Origin: a virus
Reading direction: 5' to 3' (one strand)
Length of the DNA stretch: 64,000 bases
Virus record (IMG/VR): IMGVR_UViG_3300025012_000054
Location: 27,456 to 91,455 of that record
A model generated the notes under the pieces. It saw only the letters and a program-made list of their open reading frames with translations, had not been told where the DNA came from and searched no databases. Each line of letters starts with the position of its first letter. The first letter of the stretch is position 1. Shown piece by piece: positions 18,067-28,355 of the stretch. A program made the position numbers and the translations under genes.

Positions 18067-19008
18067 ATGAGTTTTATTAAAGCCGTAAAAGGCAAGAAGC
18101 CTGTTCGAGTAGTAATAGGCGGGCCGTCTGGCGCAGGAAAAACCTATACAGCGCTTACTTTTGCAAAGTATTTGGAAACAATAACCAAGAAACCAACCGC
18201 TGCAATTGATACCGAGCATTTTCGTATGAGTTTGTATGCAGATAAATTCGCGTTTGATGTTGATGATGCAGATCCCCCCTTTCATCCCCAGCTACTAATA
18301 GACAATATCCATAAAGCTGAGAAGGAAGGATATGGACAATTAATTGTAGATAGTTCAAGTCACTTTTATAATGGCGAAGGCGGCCTGCTTGAGGTTGTCA
18401 ATGACGCCGCTAAGTCCAAATTCGGTGGCAATATTTACGCAGGGTGGGCTGTAGGTACTCCACTCCAGAATTCCCTAATCGATGCTATTATTCGATCTCC
18501 TTTGCACATGATTTTCTGTACTCGTGCCAAACAAGGTTATGCTGAAACAGAAAAGAATAACCGCAAGGTTTACGAAAAAGTTGGTATGGAACTCCAGCAA
18601 AGAGATGGTTTTGAATTCGACTTCGATTTTGTATTGATGATGGACATGGATAACAATGCCACTGTGGATAAAGGTATGGGATATGTTTCTACAGGAATGT
18701 ATATCAAAAAACCTGACGAAAAAACCATCGAATTAATTATGAAGTCTATTAATGAAAATACCGTAGACACTCCCGCTGTTCCTGCCGAAAGCAAGGCTAC
18801 TATTTTCAAGAAACAGGAAGAAGTCTTGGTAGATCTTCAGGGAAAAGTTATCACCGAATGCAAGCGCCTGAATGCCAAGACCAATGAAAAGGTTATGACA
18901 TTGTTAAAAACATATGAGCCTAGTGGTAATCCTAGCAAGATGAAGGATCAGGCTAAATTGATTGAATTATTGGGTAAACTTATTGAGATACCGGCAGAGG
19001 GAGAATAA
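18067..19008 (+). CDS. AAA ATPase, Sak4-like single-strand annealing recombinase
   Basis: GPSGAGKT, IDTE, IVDSSSH, EFDF; adjacent to an SSB-like gene. Confidence 0.85.
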   Translation: MSFIKAVKGKKPVRVVIGGPSGAGKTYTALTFAKYLETITKKPTAAIDTEHFRMSLYADKFAFDVDDADPPFHPQLLIDNIHKAEKEGYGQLIVDSSSHFYNGEGGLLEVVNDAAKSKFGGNIYAGWAVGTPLQNSLIDAIIRSPLHMIFCTRAKQGYAETEKNNRKVYEKVGMELQQRDGFEFDFDFVLMMDMDNNATVDKGMGYVSTGMYIKKPDEKTIELIMKSINENTVDTPAVPAESKATIFKKQEEVLVDLQGKVITECKRLNAKTNEKVMTLLKTYEPSGNPSKMKDQAKLIELLGKLIEIPAEGE

Positions 19009-19009
19009 T

Positions 19010-19420
19010 ATGAATTTTAATAATATCAAAACCAAAGTACTTGCAACCAAGGTTGAAAAGCGAGAAGGTTATTCCCTCGTTATGCTACGCGATAGTCGCC
19101 ACGATAAAAAGACAGATACGTGGAAACGCAGCCCCTATCCTGGTATTCATTTTGCCGCCAGTGCTCAGGCTAAAATCGACGAACTTATTGATGCCCTTGA
19201 AGGCGCAGATAAGTTTGAAGACGGCAATTCCAAAGGCGTTTGGATTGTTCTCAAGAGCGCGTCGCTCACCAACGAAGTATTCAAAAATAAAGAAGGTGTA
19301 GACGTATATCCGAAGCAATTTACTGTATGGGATTGGGAATTTTTTGTCCCTGAAGAAAAATCAGATGCACAAGATGAAACCCCTGTCGTAGAGGAATCAT
19401 CGGATGACCTCCCCTTCTAG
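19010..19420 (+). CDS. ssb: Single-stranded DNA-binding protein (probable)
   Basis: Acidic C-terminal tail ending DDLPF; position between Sak4 and primase. Confidence 0.7.
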   Translation: MNFNNIKTKVLATKVEKREGYSLVMLRDSRHDKKTDTWKRSPYPGIHFAASAQAKIDELIDALEGADKFEDGNSKGVWIVLKSASLTNEVFKNKEGVDVYPKQFTVWDWEFFVPEEKSDAQDETPVVEESSDDLPF

Positions 19421-19441
19421 TAAGTTGTAGTTGCTATTAAT

Positions 19442-19470
19442 AAGGCGGAGCATAAAACCCTCCGCCTTTT
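19442..19470 (+). terminator. Rho-independent terminator
   Basis: AAGGCGGAG...CTCCGCCTT followed by T. Confidence 0.7.
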
Positions 19471-19482
19471 AAAATAGAAAGG

Positions 19483-21429
19483 ATGTACATGCTCGTTCCG
19501 AAGGAAACTGTACTTGGCGCGAAGGAAAAATTAGGAGAACAAGCCGCTGAGATTATAGCGGCGGACTTACAATTAGAAGGATGTGTAGAACCAGACTTTA
19601 AAGCACTATGTCCTTTCCATGCCGAGGATACTCCAAGTTTTGTTTTTAGCAAAAAAGACAATGCTTTCAAGTGCTTCGGCTGTGGTCGTAGATATGGCAT
19701 TATTGATCATTACATTCAGCACAATGGTCTAACCTATTTGGGTGCTGTTCAAAAACTATTTGAATTAACTGAAACAAAATTTTCTTTTGGCGAAAAAGGA
19801 ATAAAAACCGAAAGAGATTATCGCTATCCATCGCGAGAGCAAAACGATTCTCGTCAAGAAGTAGAAGAATATTTACAAACTCGAAGTATTTCTAAAACCA
19901 CTCTGGATATGGTTGATGTTCAACAAGACGGCAATCACAATATCGTTTTTCATTATTATGATACCAATGATGTGTTGACCCTAGTAAAATATCGTCCTGC
20001 GCGTAAAGTTGATAAAGGCGAAAAATTTAAATCTTGGTGTCAAAAAGACACTGATACCATGCCGTTGCTTTATAATATGAATAGAGTTGATTTTACCAAT
20101 GGCCCACTTCTGATATGCGAAGGGGAAATTGACTGTCTTGCCGCTATAGAGTCTGGATATAAAAATTCGGTGAGCGTTCCTTTGGGCGCCAACAATTATG
20201 GCTGGATAGAAACGAATTGGGAATGGTTGGAATTATTTGATAAAATCGTGGTGTGGTCAGATAACGATGAAGCAGGACTAAAAATGCGCAAAGAGGTGTG
20301 CCAACGCCTAGGTGTATGGAGAACATTATATGTGGACGCACCAAGCAGGGTAATTGGCAAAAATGGAACAGAAGTAAAAGTCAAGGATATCAACGAAATT
20401 CTCCATTATTGCGGTAGTCAAAAAGTTTTAGATTTTATTAATGACGCCAAAGAATTACCCATTACTGGTATTGACGACCTATCAACCGTAGATGATTTTG
20501 ATATAGAAACCGCCGAAGGTCTTTATACCAACCTTGCGCCCCTGGACAAAATCGTATATAAAATTTTGTATGGTAGCGTGGCTTTAATTACTGGTAAAAG
20601 AGGTGCGGGTAAATCAAGTTTTGTCAACCAGGTGTTTGTGTGTGAACCCTTAGATCAAGGGCAAGATGTCTTTTATTTTAGTGGCGAATTGAGCGCACCT
20701 GTTCTAAAATCTTGGATTGAACTTACCATGGCGGGACGCGAACACGTAAAAATGAAAGACAATAGCGACTTCGTGCGTATTATGGATGTCGATGCGAGAA
20801 AAGAAATGCGCCAGTGGTATAAAGGTCGCGTGTGGGTGTACAAGGAAGTTGACAACTCCGAAACCATCATTCTTGAAAAAGCCATCAGCGTTACTCGCAA
20901 ATACGGGGTCAAAGTATGGATATTAGATAACCTAATGACGATAGGCTTGAATAACGCCAGCGAAAAAGACTTGTTACAAAAACAAAAAGAATTTATTGTT
21001 AAATTGAATCGCCTGTCGTTATTGTATGGTGTTTTAATTGTGTTGATCGCGCATCCGAGGAAAACCATGACTGGTCAGGAATTAGGCAGTGATGACATTG
21101 CAGGTAGTGGCGATATACCTAACCTTGCTCAATATATTTTTTCCATCAAGCGCTATAGCCAAAAAGAAAAAGATGGAGAAAAAGATGGTAAGGGAGGATA
21201 TAGAAAAGGCAAGGAGCCAACACCCTATGATACCGAAGTAGAAACAATGAAAAATAGATATTCGGGTAGAATAGGATTGGCTAAATTATATTTTGATTAT
21301 ACAAGTTATAGGTTCTATAATAATACCAAAGAATTATTTCGGCGATATAAATGGAATAAAGACACATCGCCGTTGCCTACTCAAGATCCTAACCATCACG
21401 AACAACTTCCTGACCTTATGAGAGAATAA
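19483..21429 (+). CDS. DNA primase-helicase (CHC2 zinc finger, Toprim, SF4 helicase)
   Basis: CPFH...CFGCG, EGEIDC, DNDEAG, GKRGAGKS, ILDNL, AHPRK, KNR. Confidence 0.92.
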   Translation: MYMLVPKETVLGAKEKLGEQAAEIIAADLQLEGCVEPDFKALCPFHAEDTPSFVFSKKDNAFKCFGCGRRYGIIDHYIQHNGLTYLGAVQKLFELTETKFSFGEKGIKTERDYRYPSREQNDSRQEVEEYLQTRSISKTTLDMVDVQQDGNHNIVFHYYDTNDVLTLVKYRPARKVDKGEKFKSWCQKDTDTMPLLYNMNRVDFTNGPLLICEGEIDCLAAIESGYKNSVSVPLGANNYGWIETNWEWLELFDKIVVWSDNDEAGLKMRKEVCQRLGVWRTLYVDAPSRVIGKNGTEVKVKDINEILHYCGSQKVLDFINDAKELPITGIDDLSTVDDFDIETAEGLYTNLAPLDKIVYKILYGSVALITGKRGAGKSSFVNQVFVCEPLDQGQDVFYFSGELSAPVLKSWIELTMAGREHVKMKDNSDFVRIMDVDARKEMRQWYKGRVWVYKEVDNSETIILEKAISVTRKYGVKVWILDNLMTIGLNNASEKDLLQKQKEFIVKLNRLSLLYGVLIVLIAHPRKTMTGQELGSDDIAGSGDIPNLAQYIFSIKRYSQKEKDGEKDGKGGYRKGKEPTPYDTEVETMKNRYSGRIGLAKLYFDYTSYRFYNNTKELFRRYKWNKDTSPLPTQDPNHHEQLPDLMRE

Positions 21430-21432
21430 TAG

Positions 21433-22218
21433 ATGCCAAAAAATACTGATATCATCAACAAAATGACATTTAGCTACAGCAATATCAGCACATTTGAAAC
21501 CTGTAAGTACGCATGGTTTCTTACCTATATAGAAAAACAAGAACGACACACCAATTATTTTTCAGAATTTGGTAGTTATTGCCATAACATCTTGGAAGAT
21601 TTTTTTCTTGATAAATTAGCAATTTATGAGTTGCTACCATATTATAAAGAACATTATGCTGAAAATATTAAATCAGATAGTCCGTTTGGATTTGGTAAAA
21701 ATTTAGGTGCGTTATATTATGATCAAGGATATAAATTTTTCGAAAATTTTGATTTCGATAAAAGCAAGTTTGAAATTCTTCAAGCCGAAGAATTTACTAT
21801 AGCACAAATCAGGGATATTAAAGTCACCATCAAACCAGATATTATTCTGAAAAATAAAGATAATGGCAAAATAATTTTAATGGACTATAAATCCTCCAAC
21901 CCATTCAATGCCAAGCGCCAAATCGTTCCTGCTAAAATCATACCCTACAGAAAACAATTAAATTTATATGCTGGTGTTTTATGGGCAAAGAAAAAAATCC
22001 AAGTGGACGAACAATGGCTATGGTTTTTTAGAACCGGAGGAATTGAAAGATTTCCTATTAGTGTAAAAAAAGTATCTGAAGATATTTTATGGTTTTTATC
22101 CGTAGTTGATAAAATCAAACAGGAAGAAAATTTTGAAGCCAATCCCAGTAATGAGTTCTTCTGTAATTCTCTTTGTTCAATGAGTTCAATTTGCCCCTAT
22201 AAAATAGTCAAGGAATAA
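21433..22218 (+). CDS. PD-(D/E)XK nuclease (RecB/Cas4-like)
   Basis: FSYS...C, G..CH, D...DYKS, QLNLY, C-terminal C-x3-C-x5-C. Confidence 0.8.
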   Translation: MPKNTDIINKMTFSYSNISTFETCKYAWFLTYIEKQERHTNYFSEFGSYCHNILEDFFLDKLAIYELLPYYKEHYAENIKSDSPFGFGKNLGALYYDQGYKFFENFDFDKSKFEILQAEEFTIAQIRDIKVTIKPDIILKNKDNGKIILMDYKSSNPFNAKRQIVPAKIIPYRKQLNLYAGVLWAKKKIQVDEQWLWFFRTGGIERFPISVKKVSEDILWFLSVVDKIKQEENFEANPSNEFFCNSLCSMSSICPYKIVKE

Positions 22219-22219
22219 A

Positions 22220-25200
22220 ATGAATAATTATATCAATTACCATTCACATTCTCAGTACAGCAACATCTCAACGCCCGACTCGACGATATCTAATCGAGAT
22301 CGGGCAGTTCGAGTTTCTGAATTGGGACAATCTGTGTTTTCTGCCTTAGAGCACGGTTGGAGTGGGCGCGTAATTGAGGCGATGGAATTATCCAAAGAAT
22401 TTAATGTTAAGCCACTGCTGGGAACCGAATCTTATTTTGTTAAAGACAGGTTGGAAAAAGATAAAACAAACGCCCACCTTATTCTGTTGGCAAAAAATGA
22501 AAACGGTAGAAAAGGCATTAATCGTATTTTAAGCGAAGCAAATATTTCTGGGTTTTATTATAAAGCAAGAATCGATCTTGAACTTCTGTTTTCTCTGCCA
22601 AAAAACGATGTGTGGGTTACAACCGCATGTATAGGTGGCATTTGGAAATATGAAGATGCTGAAAACTTATTACTACAAATGCAAGAATATTTTCAAAACA
22701 ACTTTTTCCTAGAAGTCCAGAACCACAGTGTGGAATCACAAAAAGAATTAAATAAAAAAATATTAGATTTATCTAATCGATATCGTATTCCTATTATTGC
22801 AGGAATGGATAGTCACATGATATATCCCAACCAGGCTAAAGAACGAGATGATTACCTGCTATCACGTGGTATTGAATATCCAGATGAAGAAAACTGGTTT
22901 TTAGACTTTCCTTCTTATGAAGAAGTTCTTCAAAGATTTCAGGAACAAGATGTTCTCAACAAAGTTGAAATTGGTGAAGCATTAGAAAACACGTTGATAT
23001 TTGAATCAGTTGAACCATATGATTCCATCATATTCGATCCAGAAATTATCAAGTTACCCACACTTTATCCTGACAAAACCCAAGATGAAAAAAATAAAAT
23101 CTTGGAAAGTTTGGTATGGCAACAATGGAATGTCGAAAAAAATAATATTCCCTTAAGTAGTTGGGCTTATTATGAAGGTGAAATCAAAAAAGAATTAGAT
23201 ACGGTTTGTGTTACCAATATGTCTGACTATTTCTTGCTTGATTATGAAATTATTAAAAAGGGTAAAGCAATGGGCGGACATATTACCCTTACAGGACGTG
23301 GATCTGCTCCGAGTTTCTACCTCTCGAAATTGTTGGAATTTACCACCATTGATCGTATCGCTGCTACCGTCAAGTTATTCCCCGAAAGATTCATATCATC
23401 AGAACGCCTACTGGAAACCAAGAGTCTTCCCGATATCGATTTGAACCTAGGCAATCCAGAAGTTTTTGCTCAGGCACAAACTGAAATCTTGGGCGATGGA
23501 CACAGCTATCCCATGATTGCTTTTGGCACGGTAAAAGCCAGTAGCGCTTGGAAATTATATTCTCGTATTTCCAACATTGATTTTGAAACCGCCAATATTG
23601 TGTCTGAACAAATTCGTAAATATGATATGGATATCAAGCACACAGAAAGCGAAGAAGAAAAAGAATCAATCAATGTTTTAGACTATATTGATAAAAAATA
23701 TCACGATGTTTTTACAGAAAGCGAAAAATATCTTGGGCTGGTAAACAGCCTGACTCCGCATCCATGTGCCCATTTAATGTATTCACATGGAGACATCAGA
23801 GAAGAATTTGGATTGATTAAAATCAAGACCGGCAACGTCGAACATATCTGCGTGTGTTGTGACGGTTTATTTGCAGAAAATTATAAGTTGCTAAAAAACG
23901 ACCTGCTGAAAGTCAGCGTAGTTGAACTGATTTACAACACATATCATCGTATTGGTAAAGAACCTCATACTATTCCAGAACTATTAAAATTGTGTGAAAA
24001 CGACAAAGCGGTTTGGGATGTGTATGCCAATGGTTGGACTAAGGGCATCAATCAATTTGAGCAAACAGGAACTCGCGGTAGAGCTACAAAATATAAGCCA
24101 CAAAACATATCAGATTTATCTGCATTTGTAGCAGCCATTCGACCTGGTTTCAAATCAAATTATTTCTTATTTGAAAGTCGTGAGCCATTTACTTATGGCA
24201 TCAAATCTCTTGATGATTTGATTCAGACACCAGAATTTCCATATAGCTTTATGCTGTATCAAGAAACCGCTATGCAGGTTATGGCTTATGCCGGAATTCC
24301 GATTTCTAAAACATATGAGATTATTAAAAATATTGCAAAAAAACGTGTAGAAAAAGTCAAGAAATATAAAGATCAGTTTGTTGCCGGTATGAAAAAGAAA
24401 TTAATTGAAAATGAAAATGCGGACGCCAAAGAAGCAAAACGTATTGCGGATATGACTTGGCAGATTATCAACGACAGTAGTGCCTATAGTTTTAATGCCA
24501 GCCATTCTTATAGCGTGGCAGGAGACAGTCTTTACGGTGCATATCTCAAGGCACATTATCCGATGGAATTTTATGAAGTATTCCTAAATATTCTTGAAGC
24601 CGATTCGGATAAAGACAGATTGTTCGAAGTCAAACTTGAGGCACAAGAAGCCTTTGGTATAAAGTTTCCATCTCTACAATTTGGTCAGGATAATCGTAAA
24701 ATCGTAGCAGATGTAGAAAATAAAAGTATCACACAATCCCTGAAAACTTTGAAGGGATTTGGAAATACAGTAGGCGATAGTTTTTATCAGTTGTCGCAAG
24801 TTTTTACCGATGGTGATTTTCTCGATCTGCTTATATTTGCAGAAGAAAACGATTATCTTTCTTCTAAATGGGCAACCCTGATAAAAATTAATTACTTCCA
24901 AAATTTTGGACACAATGGCAAATTGTTAAATATGTATAATGCATTTACAACTGGCGAAAATAAATATCAAAAGACCTATGTGGAAAAAACTAAAATTAAA
25001 AGACTAGATGCCCTCAAACAAATCTGGACGGAAACACCCAATTTACGAATTCCTTTTTCTGATCAGTTGGCAAATGAGTTTGAAATACTGGGCACCATTC
25101 AATCCACCTATCCAGAACTTGATAGGAAATATGTTTATGTTAAAGAGTTAAAAATCCAGTTCGCAGACGATGGAAATCGTATTGCGCCAAGAATACAAAT

Positions 25201-25438
25201 CTATGGGTTGCATAGTGGTAAACAAGCATCTTTAAAAATATATAATAAAACTTATGACAACACGCCCTTTACGACTGGTGCTTTATTATATTGTAGAAAT
25301 CTTGAAAGTCAATTTCCACAAAAAAAGATTGATGGGAAATTCGTAAAAGACACCCATGGAATACCACAATGGTGGATTACAAATTATAGTATCGTCAAAC
25401 CAGAAGATCTGGATAAATTTTTAGAGGAGAAGAAATAA
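22220..25438 (+). CDS. dnaE: DNA polymerase III alpha subunit
   Basis: PHP domain (HSHSQYS, DSH), GRGSA, PDIDL, HPCA, YSFNASHS, YLKAHYP. Confidence 0.93.
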   Translation: MNNYINYHSHSQYSNISTPDSTISNRDRAVRVSELGQSVFSALEHGWSGRVIEAMELSKEFNVKPLLGTESYFVKDRLEKDKTNAHLILLAKNENGRKGINRILSEANISGFYYKARIDLELLFSLPKNDVWVTTACIGGIWKYEDAENLLLQMQEYFQNNFFLEVQNHSVESQKELNKKILDLSNRYRIPIIAGMDSHMIYPNQAKERDDYLLSRGIEYPDEENWFLDFPSYEEVLQRFQEQDVLNKVEIGEALENTLIFESVEPYDSIIFDPEIIKLPTLYPDKTQDEKNKILESLVWQQWNVEKNNIPLSSWAYYEGEIKKELDTVCVTNMSDYFLLDYEIIKKGKAMGGHITLTGRGSAPSFYLSKLLEFTTIDRIAATVKLFPERFISSERLLETKSLPDIDLNLGNPEVFAQAQTEILGDGHSYPMIAFGTVKASSAWKLYSRISNIDFETANIVSEQIRKYDMDIKHTESEEEKESINVLDYIDKKYHDVFTESEKYLGLVNSLTPHPCAHLMYSHGDIREEFGLIKIKTGNVEHICVCCDGLFAENYKLLKNDLLKVSVVELIYNTYHRIGKEPHTIPELLKLCENDKAVWDVYANGWTKGINQFEQTGTRGRATKYKPQNISDLSAFVAAIRPGFKSNYFLFESREPFTYGIKSLDDLIQTPEFPYSFMLYQETAMQVMAYAGIPISKTYEIIKNIAKKRVEKVKKYKDQFVAGMKKKLIENENADAKEAKRIADMTWQIINDSSAYSFNASHSYSVAGDSLYGAYLKAHYPMEFYEVFLNILEADSDKDRLFEVKLEAQEAFGIKFPSLQFGQDNRKIVADVENKSITQSLKTLKGFGNTVGDSFYQLSQVFTDGDFLDLLIFAEENDYLSSKWATLIKINYFQNFGHNGKLLNMYNAFTTGENKYQKTYVEKTKIKRLDALKQIWTETPNLRIPFSDQLANEFEILGTIQSTYPELDRKYVYVKELKIQFADDGNRIAPRIQIYGLHSGKQASLKIYNKTYDNTPFTTGALLYCRNLESQFPQKKIDGKFVKDTHGIPQWWITNYSIVKPEDLDKFLEEKK

Positions 25439-25641
25439 TGGCAGAATATCAATATCGATGTAAGGAATGTAAAACTGTTTTTACCGTTATAAAATCTATA
25501 ACGGATGTAATTATTACATTTTGTCCCAGTTGTAAAAGCGATAAAGTACAGCAAAAATACTTTGCGCCTCATGTTCTGTATAAAGGAAAAGGTTTCTATA
25601 AAACAGATAATACCAAAAAGCCCTTGACAGAAACCGAATAA
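25438..25641 (+). CDS. FmdB-family zinc ribbon protein
   Basis: YQYRCKEC...CPSC...KGKGFY. Confidence 0.8.
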   Translation: MAEYQYRCKECKTVFTVIKSITDVIITFCPSCKSDKVQQKYFAPHVLYKGKGFYKTDNTKKPLTETE

Positions 25642-25652
25642 TGTGGTAAACT
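25624..25652 (+). promoter_or_regulatory. Sigma70-type promoter at the head of accessory array 2
   Basis: TTGACA-17bp-TAAACT with TGTGG; site 25660 lies just downstream. Confidence 0.8.
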
Positions 25653-25687
25653 TTAGATAATAAAATAAGACTTTTATGTGGAGGAAA

Positions 25688-25882
25688 ATGAAAGCAGACG
25701 ACATTAAACTAAAATATGATTCTATGGAAGAACTAATGGCTGATATGAATAATCTCATTGCCATGGGATTTGCCGAAGAAGTTGAAGATCCCAAGACCGG
25801 TAAGCCAGGTTATCGCATCACCCCTGCTGGTATCAAGATGTTTCAATATTATCAGCAACTACAATCAGGGAAACTAAATTGA
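25688..25882 (+). CDS. Hypothetical protein (winged-helix-like YRITPAG)
   Basis: GGAGG RBS. Confidence 0.6.
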   Translation: MKADDIKLKYDSMEELMADMNNLIAMGFAEEVEDPKTGKPGYRITPAGIKMFQYYQQLQSGKLN

Positions 25883-26073
25883 AAAAGGATTTTCGAGATA
25901 AGGTATTTCAGAAATTGGCTCATAAATTTCCATTGCGCCTGATTTGGTTCTGCATGTTCGAAGCCCTATCTATGCATCAACGCTTGACAAAGAATGCCAA
26001 GCTACCTAGTCAAGTCGGTATGATAGAAGCGATTCATCGCTTAGATGAAAAGCGCTTCGATGAGTGGGAATAA
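25879..26073 (+). CDS. Hypothetical protein
   Basis: Overlapping start/stop with neighbours. Confidence 0.55.
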   Translation: MKKDFRDKVFQKLAHKFPLRLIWFCMFEALSMHQRLTKNAKLPSQVGMIEAIHRLDEKRFDEWE

Positions 26074-26076
26074 ATC

Positions 26077-26538
26077 ATGGACATAAAATCGGGCAACGGA
26101 TACCCTTCTTCTGCTCTATCAAATTTTGCTCCCCATCCATTCGAAATCGATGGTGTTAAGTGCTCAAGCATGGAAGGATTTTTACAATCGCTAAAATTTG
26201 AAAATCCAGAAATGCAAAAACACGTTTGCACACTCGTGGGGATGCAGGCAAAATATAAAGGCAAAGATAAGAAATGGTGGAAAACTCAAACTCTCTGGTG
26301 GCAAGGCAAAGAAATTGATAGGCACAGCCAAGAGTACCAAGACCTGCTGGACAGAGCATATAACGAGATTTCTAAAAACACCGGTTTCCAACGTGCTTTG
26401 TTGGCTACAAAGGATTCATCCATTACTCATTCTATAGGAAAGTCAGATGCCAGTCACACAGTCTTGACACAACGAGAATTTTGTGGTAGACTTGAAAAGA
26501 TAAGAAAAATCCTACAGGATAAAACTAGCGTTTCATGA
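26077..26538 (+). CDS. NADAR-like protein (T4 gp30.3-like)
   Basis: ALSNFAPHPFEIDG..C.SMEGFLQSLK, L.WQG..IDR, ALLAT, TVLT..EFC. Confidence 0.75.
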   Translation: MDIKSGNGYPSSALSNFAPHPFEIDGVKCSSMEGFLQSLKFENPEMQKHVCTLVGMQAKYKGKDKKWWKTQTLWWQGKEIDRHSQEYQDLLDRAYNEISKNTGFQRALLATKDSSITHSIGKSDASHTVLTQREFCGRLEKIRKILQDKTSVS

Positions 26539-26547
26539 GGTGAAAAT

Positions 26548-26766
26548 ATGAGATACGCACAAATTCATTCAGGAAATAAACTACATTTAGTCTATGAGCC
26601 AGGCGAAGGCGTTGATGATCAGCACCTTGTAAAAGCGGGGTATGTATCTGCCCCTCTTTGCGGACAAAAATTCGAGGGCAATTATCGAATGACTATTAAT
26701 GTTCCTCTTGCCCATGCTTGTAAAAGATGTTTAAAAGTTTATAATAAAAGGAATCTTTTATCATGA
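26548..26766 (+). CDS. Hypothetical protein (H...LCG...CKRC zinc-binding)
   Basis: Flanked by sites 26519 and 26744. Confidence 0.65.
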   Translation: MRYAQIHSGNKLHLVYEPGEGVDDQHLVKAGYVSAPLCGQKFEGNYRMTINVPLAHACKRCLKVYNKRNLLS

Positions 26767-27077
26767 CTGATGACGGAAGTTTGAAATTTGCAATGGTGTT
26801 GTGGCTAGACAAACATGATGATCTACTCGAATATGAGGATGTTGATATCGTAACCGAAAGCGAATGCGTAAACGAATATTTAGAAATTGAATACGACATT
26901 GTTCCTCTGCTAAAAGAATCTCCCGTTATAAAAGATTTGGCTGATGGAAAATGGCGTGTTTATATTGAAGGAGAAATGTTTTTTAGTCATGATGATTATC
27001 CCGAAGGCGGAACAGAATATGATTACAACACCACGATAAATCTTATTACGCCCGAAAAGACTGATGGTTGGATATAA
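26763..27077 (+). CDS. Acidic hypothetical protein
   Basis: Flanked by sites 26744 and 27077. Confidence 0.6.
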   Translation: MTDDGSLKFAMVLWLDKHDDLLEYEDVDIVTESECVNEYLEIEYDIVPLLKESPVIKDLADGKWRVYIEGEMFFSHDDYPEGGTEYDYNTTINLITPEKTDGWI

Positions 27078-27110
27078 TAAAATGATGGTTCTATGTGGTA
27101 TGGAGTAGTT

Positions 27111-27305
27111 ATGGACAAACTATTTTGGAAATATGACAAAAACTTAAAGGCATATATCATTTATTATGACAAGCCCTGGCCAAAACCATATGCTGGCGAC
27201 ATTACGGAAGTCTGGCGATTAGCGATGGAGCCAAACCGCTTTAACGAACTTACCGTGGACGAAATTGTTCAAGCGCTTAATCACTATAAAATGGTAGTTT
27301 CATAA
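27111..27305 (+). CDS. Hypothetical protein
   Basis: GGAG RBS; flanked by sites. Confidence 0.6.
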   Translation: MDKLFWKYDKNLKAYIIYYDKPWPKPYAGDITEVWRLAMEPNRFNELTVDEIVQALNHYKMVVS

Positions 27306-27383
27306 TGTGCAATATGTTGACTATTAACGTCATATTTAGGCAATAAAAGTCAATATGTTGTACGTTATTCGGAGGAATAAAAA

Positions 27384-27578
27384 ATGAATATATGCAGTTG
27401 CGATGAATTTAAGAAGAATATGCCAAGAATAGACGGAGCGGTTTCTAATGCTTGGATTCATGGCTATGAATTGGGAAAAGAATTCGTGTATTTCCGTTAT
27501 TGCCCATGGTGTAGTAAAAAGATGGTTGATGTATATGTAGGGGATAGTGATCATGAGCACGACGATAGGATATTATAA
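27384..27578 (+). CDS. Hypothetical zinc-finger protein (CxC...YCPWC)
   Basis: GGAGG RBS. Confidence 0.65.
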   Translation: MNICSCDEFKKNMPRIDGAVSNAWIHGYELGKEFVYFRYCPWCSKKMVDVYVGDSDHEHDDRIL

Positions 27579-27844
27579 TGCCATATGTTAAAAAAGAATT
27601 AGACAAGTTACAAGATCATGTTTCTGATTTTGGCTGGGAATTAAATTCAGTAGAGTTTGACTTAGATATGCTGCCCGACATCGAAGAACCTTCTGAAATG
27701 GAGTTGGCTGAAGCCGACGAGGTAGCGTTGTCATATGCGATTTCGGCATATTTTAGAAATCATTTTATCGGCTATGACAATAAAGGCGAGCCTAAATGGA
27801 ATATAGGCAAGAAAAAACAAGCACTATTAAGAAAATTTAGTTAA
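27578..27844 (+). CDS. Hypothetical protein
   Basis: Translationally coupled; ends at site 27844. Confidence 0.6.
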   Translation: MPYVKKELDKLQDHVSDFGWELNSVEFDLDMLPDIEEPSEMELAEADEVALSYAISAYFRNHFIGYDNKGEPKWNIGKKKQALLRKFS

Positions 27845-27871
27845 TAAAAGCAATGTTTTATGAGGTAAAAT

Positions 27872-28096
27872 ATGATTAAATATTTCCACGAATTATCAAT
27901 AGAAGAATTCGACGAGTTGGTTAAGTCAGGAATGACTTGGAGCGAATGTGCTGAAAAATATCCTGCGCCAGAGTGGTGTAGCTATCCCCAAGCAGTTTTA
28001 GGCGATTTTGGATGTTGGTCACTCATGTCATTCAAAATAAAAAACAGACGGAACTGTATGCTGTGTGAGCATTATATAAAAGTTAATAAAAGATAA
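27872..28096 (+). CDS. Hypothetical Cys-rich protein (paralog of 34523..34747)
   Basis: KYFHEL...P.P.WC...GC..L...CxxC. Confidence 0.65.
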   Translation: MIKYFHELSIEEFDELVKSGMTWSECAEKYPAPEWCSYPQAVLGDFGCWSLMSFKIKNRRNCMLCEHYIKVNKR

Positions 28097-28113
28097 TTTC
28101 ATGAGGAAGAAAA

Positions 28114-28332
28114 ATGAAACGTGATAAAAACTGGTGGGCTAAATTTTCCAAAGAAGAACGATACACAATTTGGTGGTTCGAAAAAAACCAATATAAATCC
28201 GCAGGACTTGGTGGAGGTGGATATCTACCTTACGATTGTGGCGAATGTGCTGTTTGCGGAAACACTTGCTATATGTATAGTCCTTGCCAAGACTGTTCAA
28301 ATGAATATGATGCGTTAATTAATAGATCATAA
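28114..28332 (+). CDS. Hypothetical zinc-finger protein
   Basis: CxxC...CxxC; GAGG RBS. Confidence 0.6.
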   Translation: MKRDKNWWAKFSKEERYTIWWFEKNQYKSAGLGGGGYLPYDCGECAVCGNTCYMYSPCQDCSNEYDALINRS

Positions 28333-28355
28333 AAGTACAATCTTAATGAGGTGCT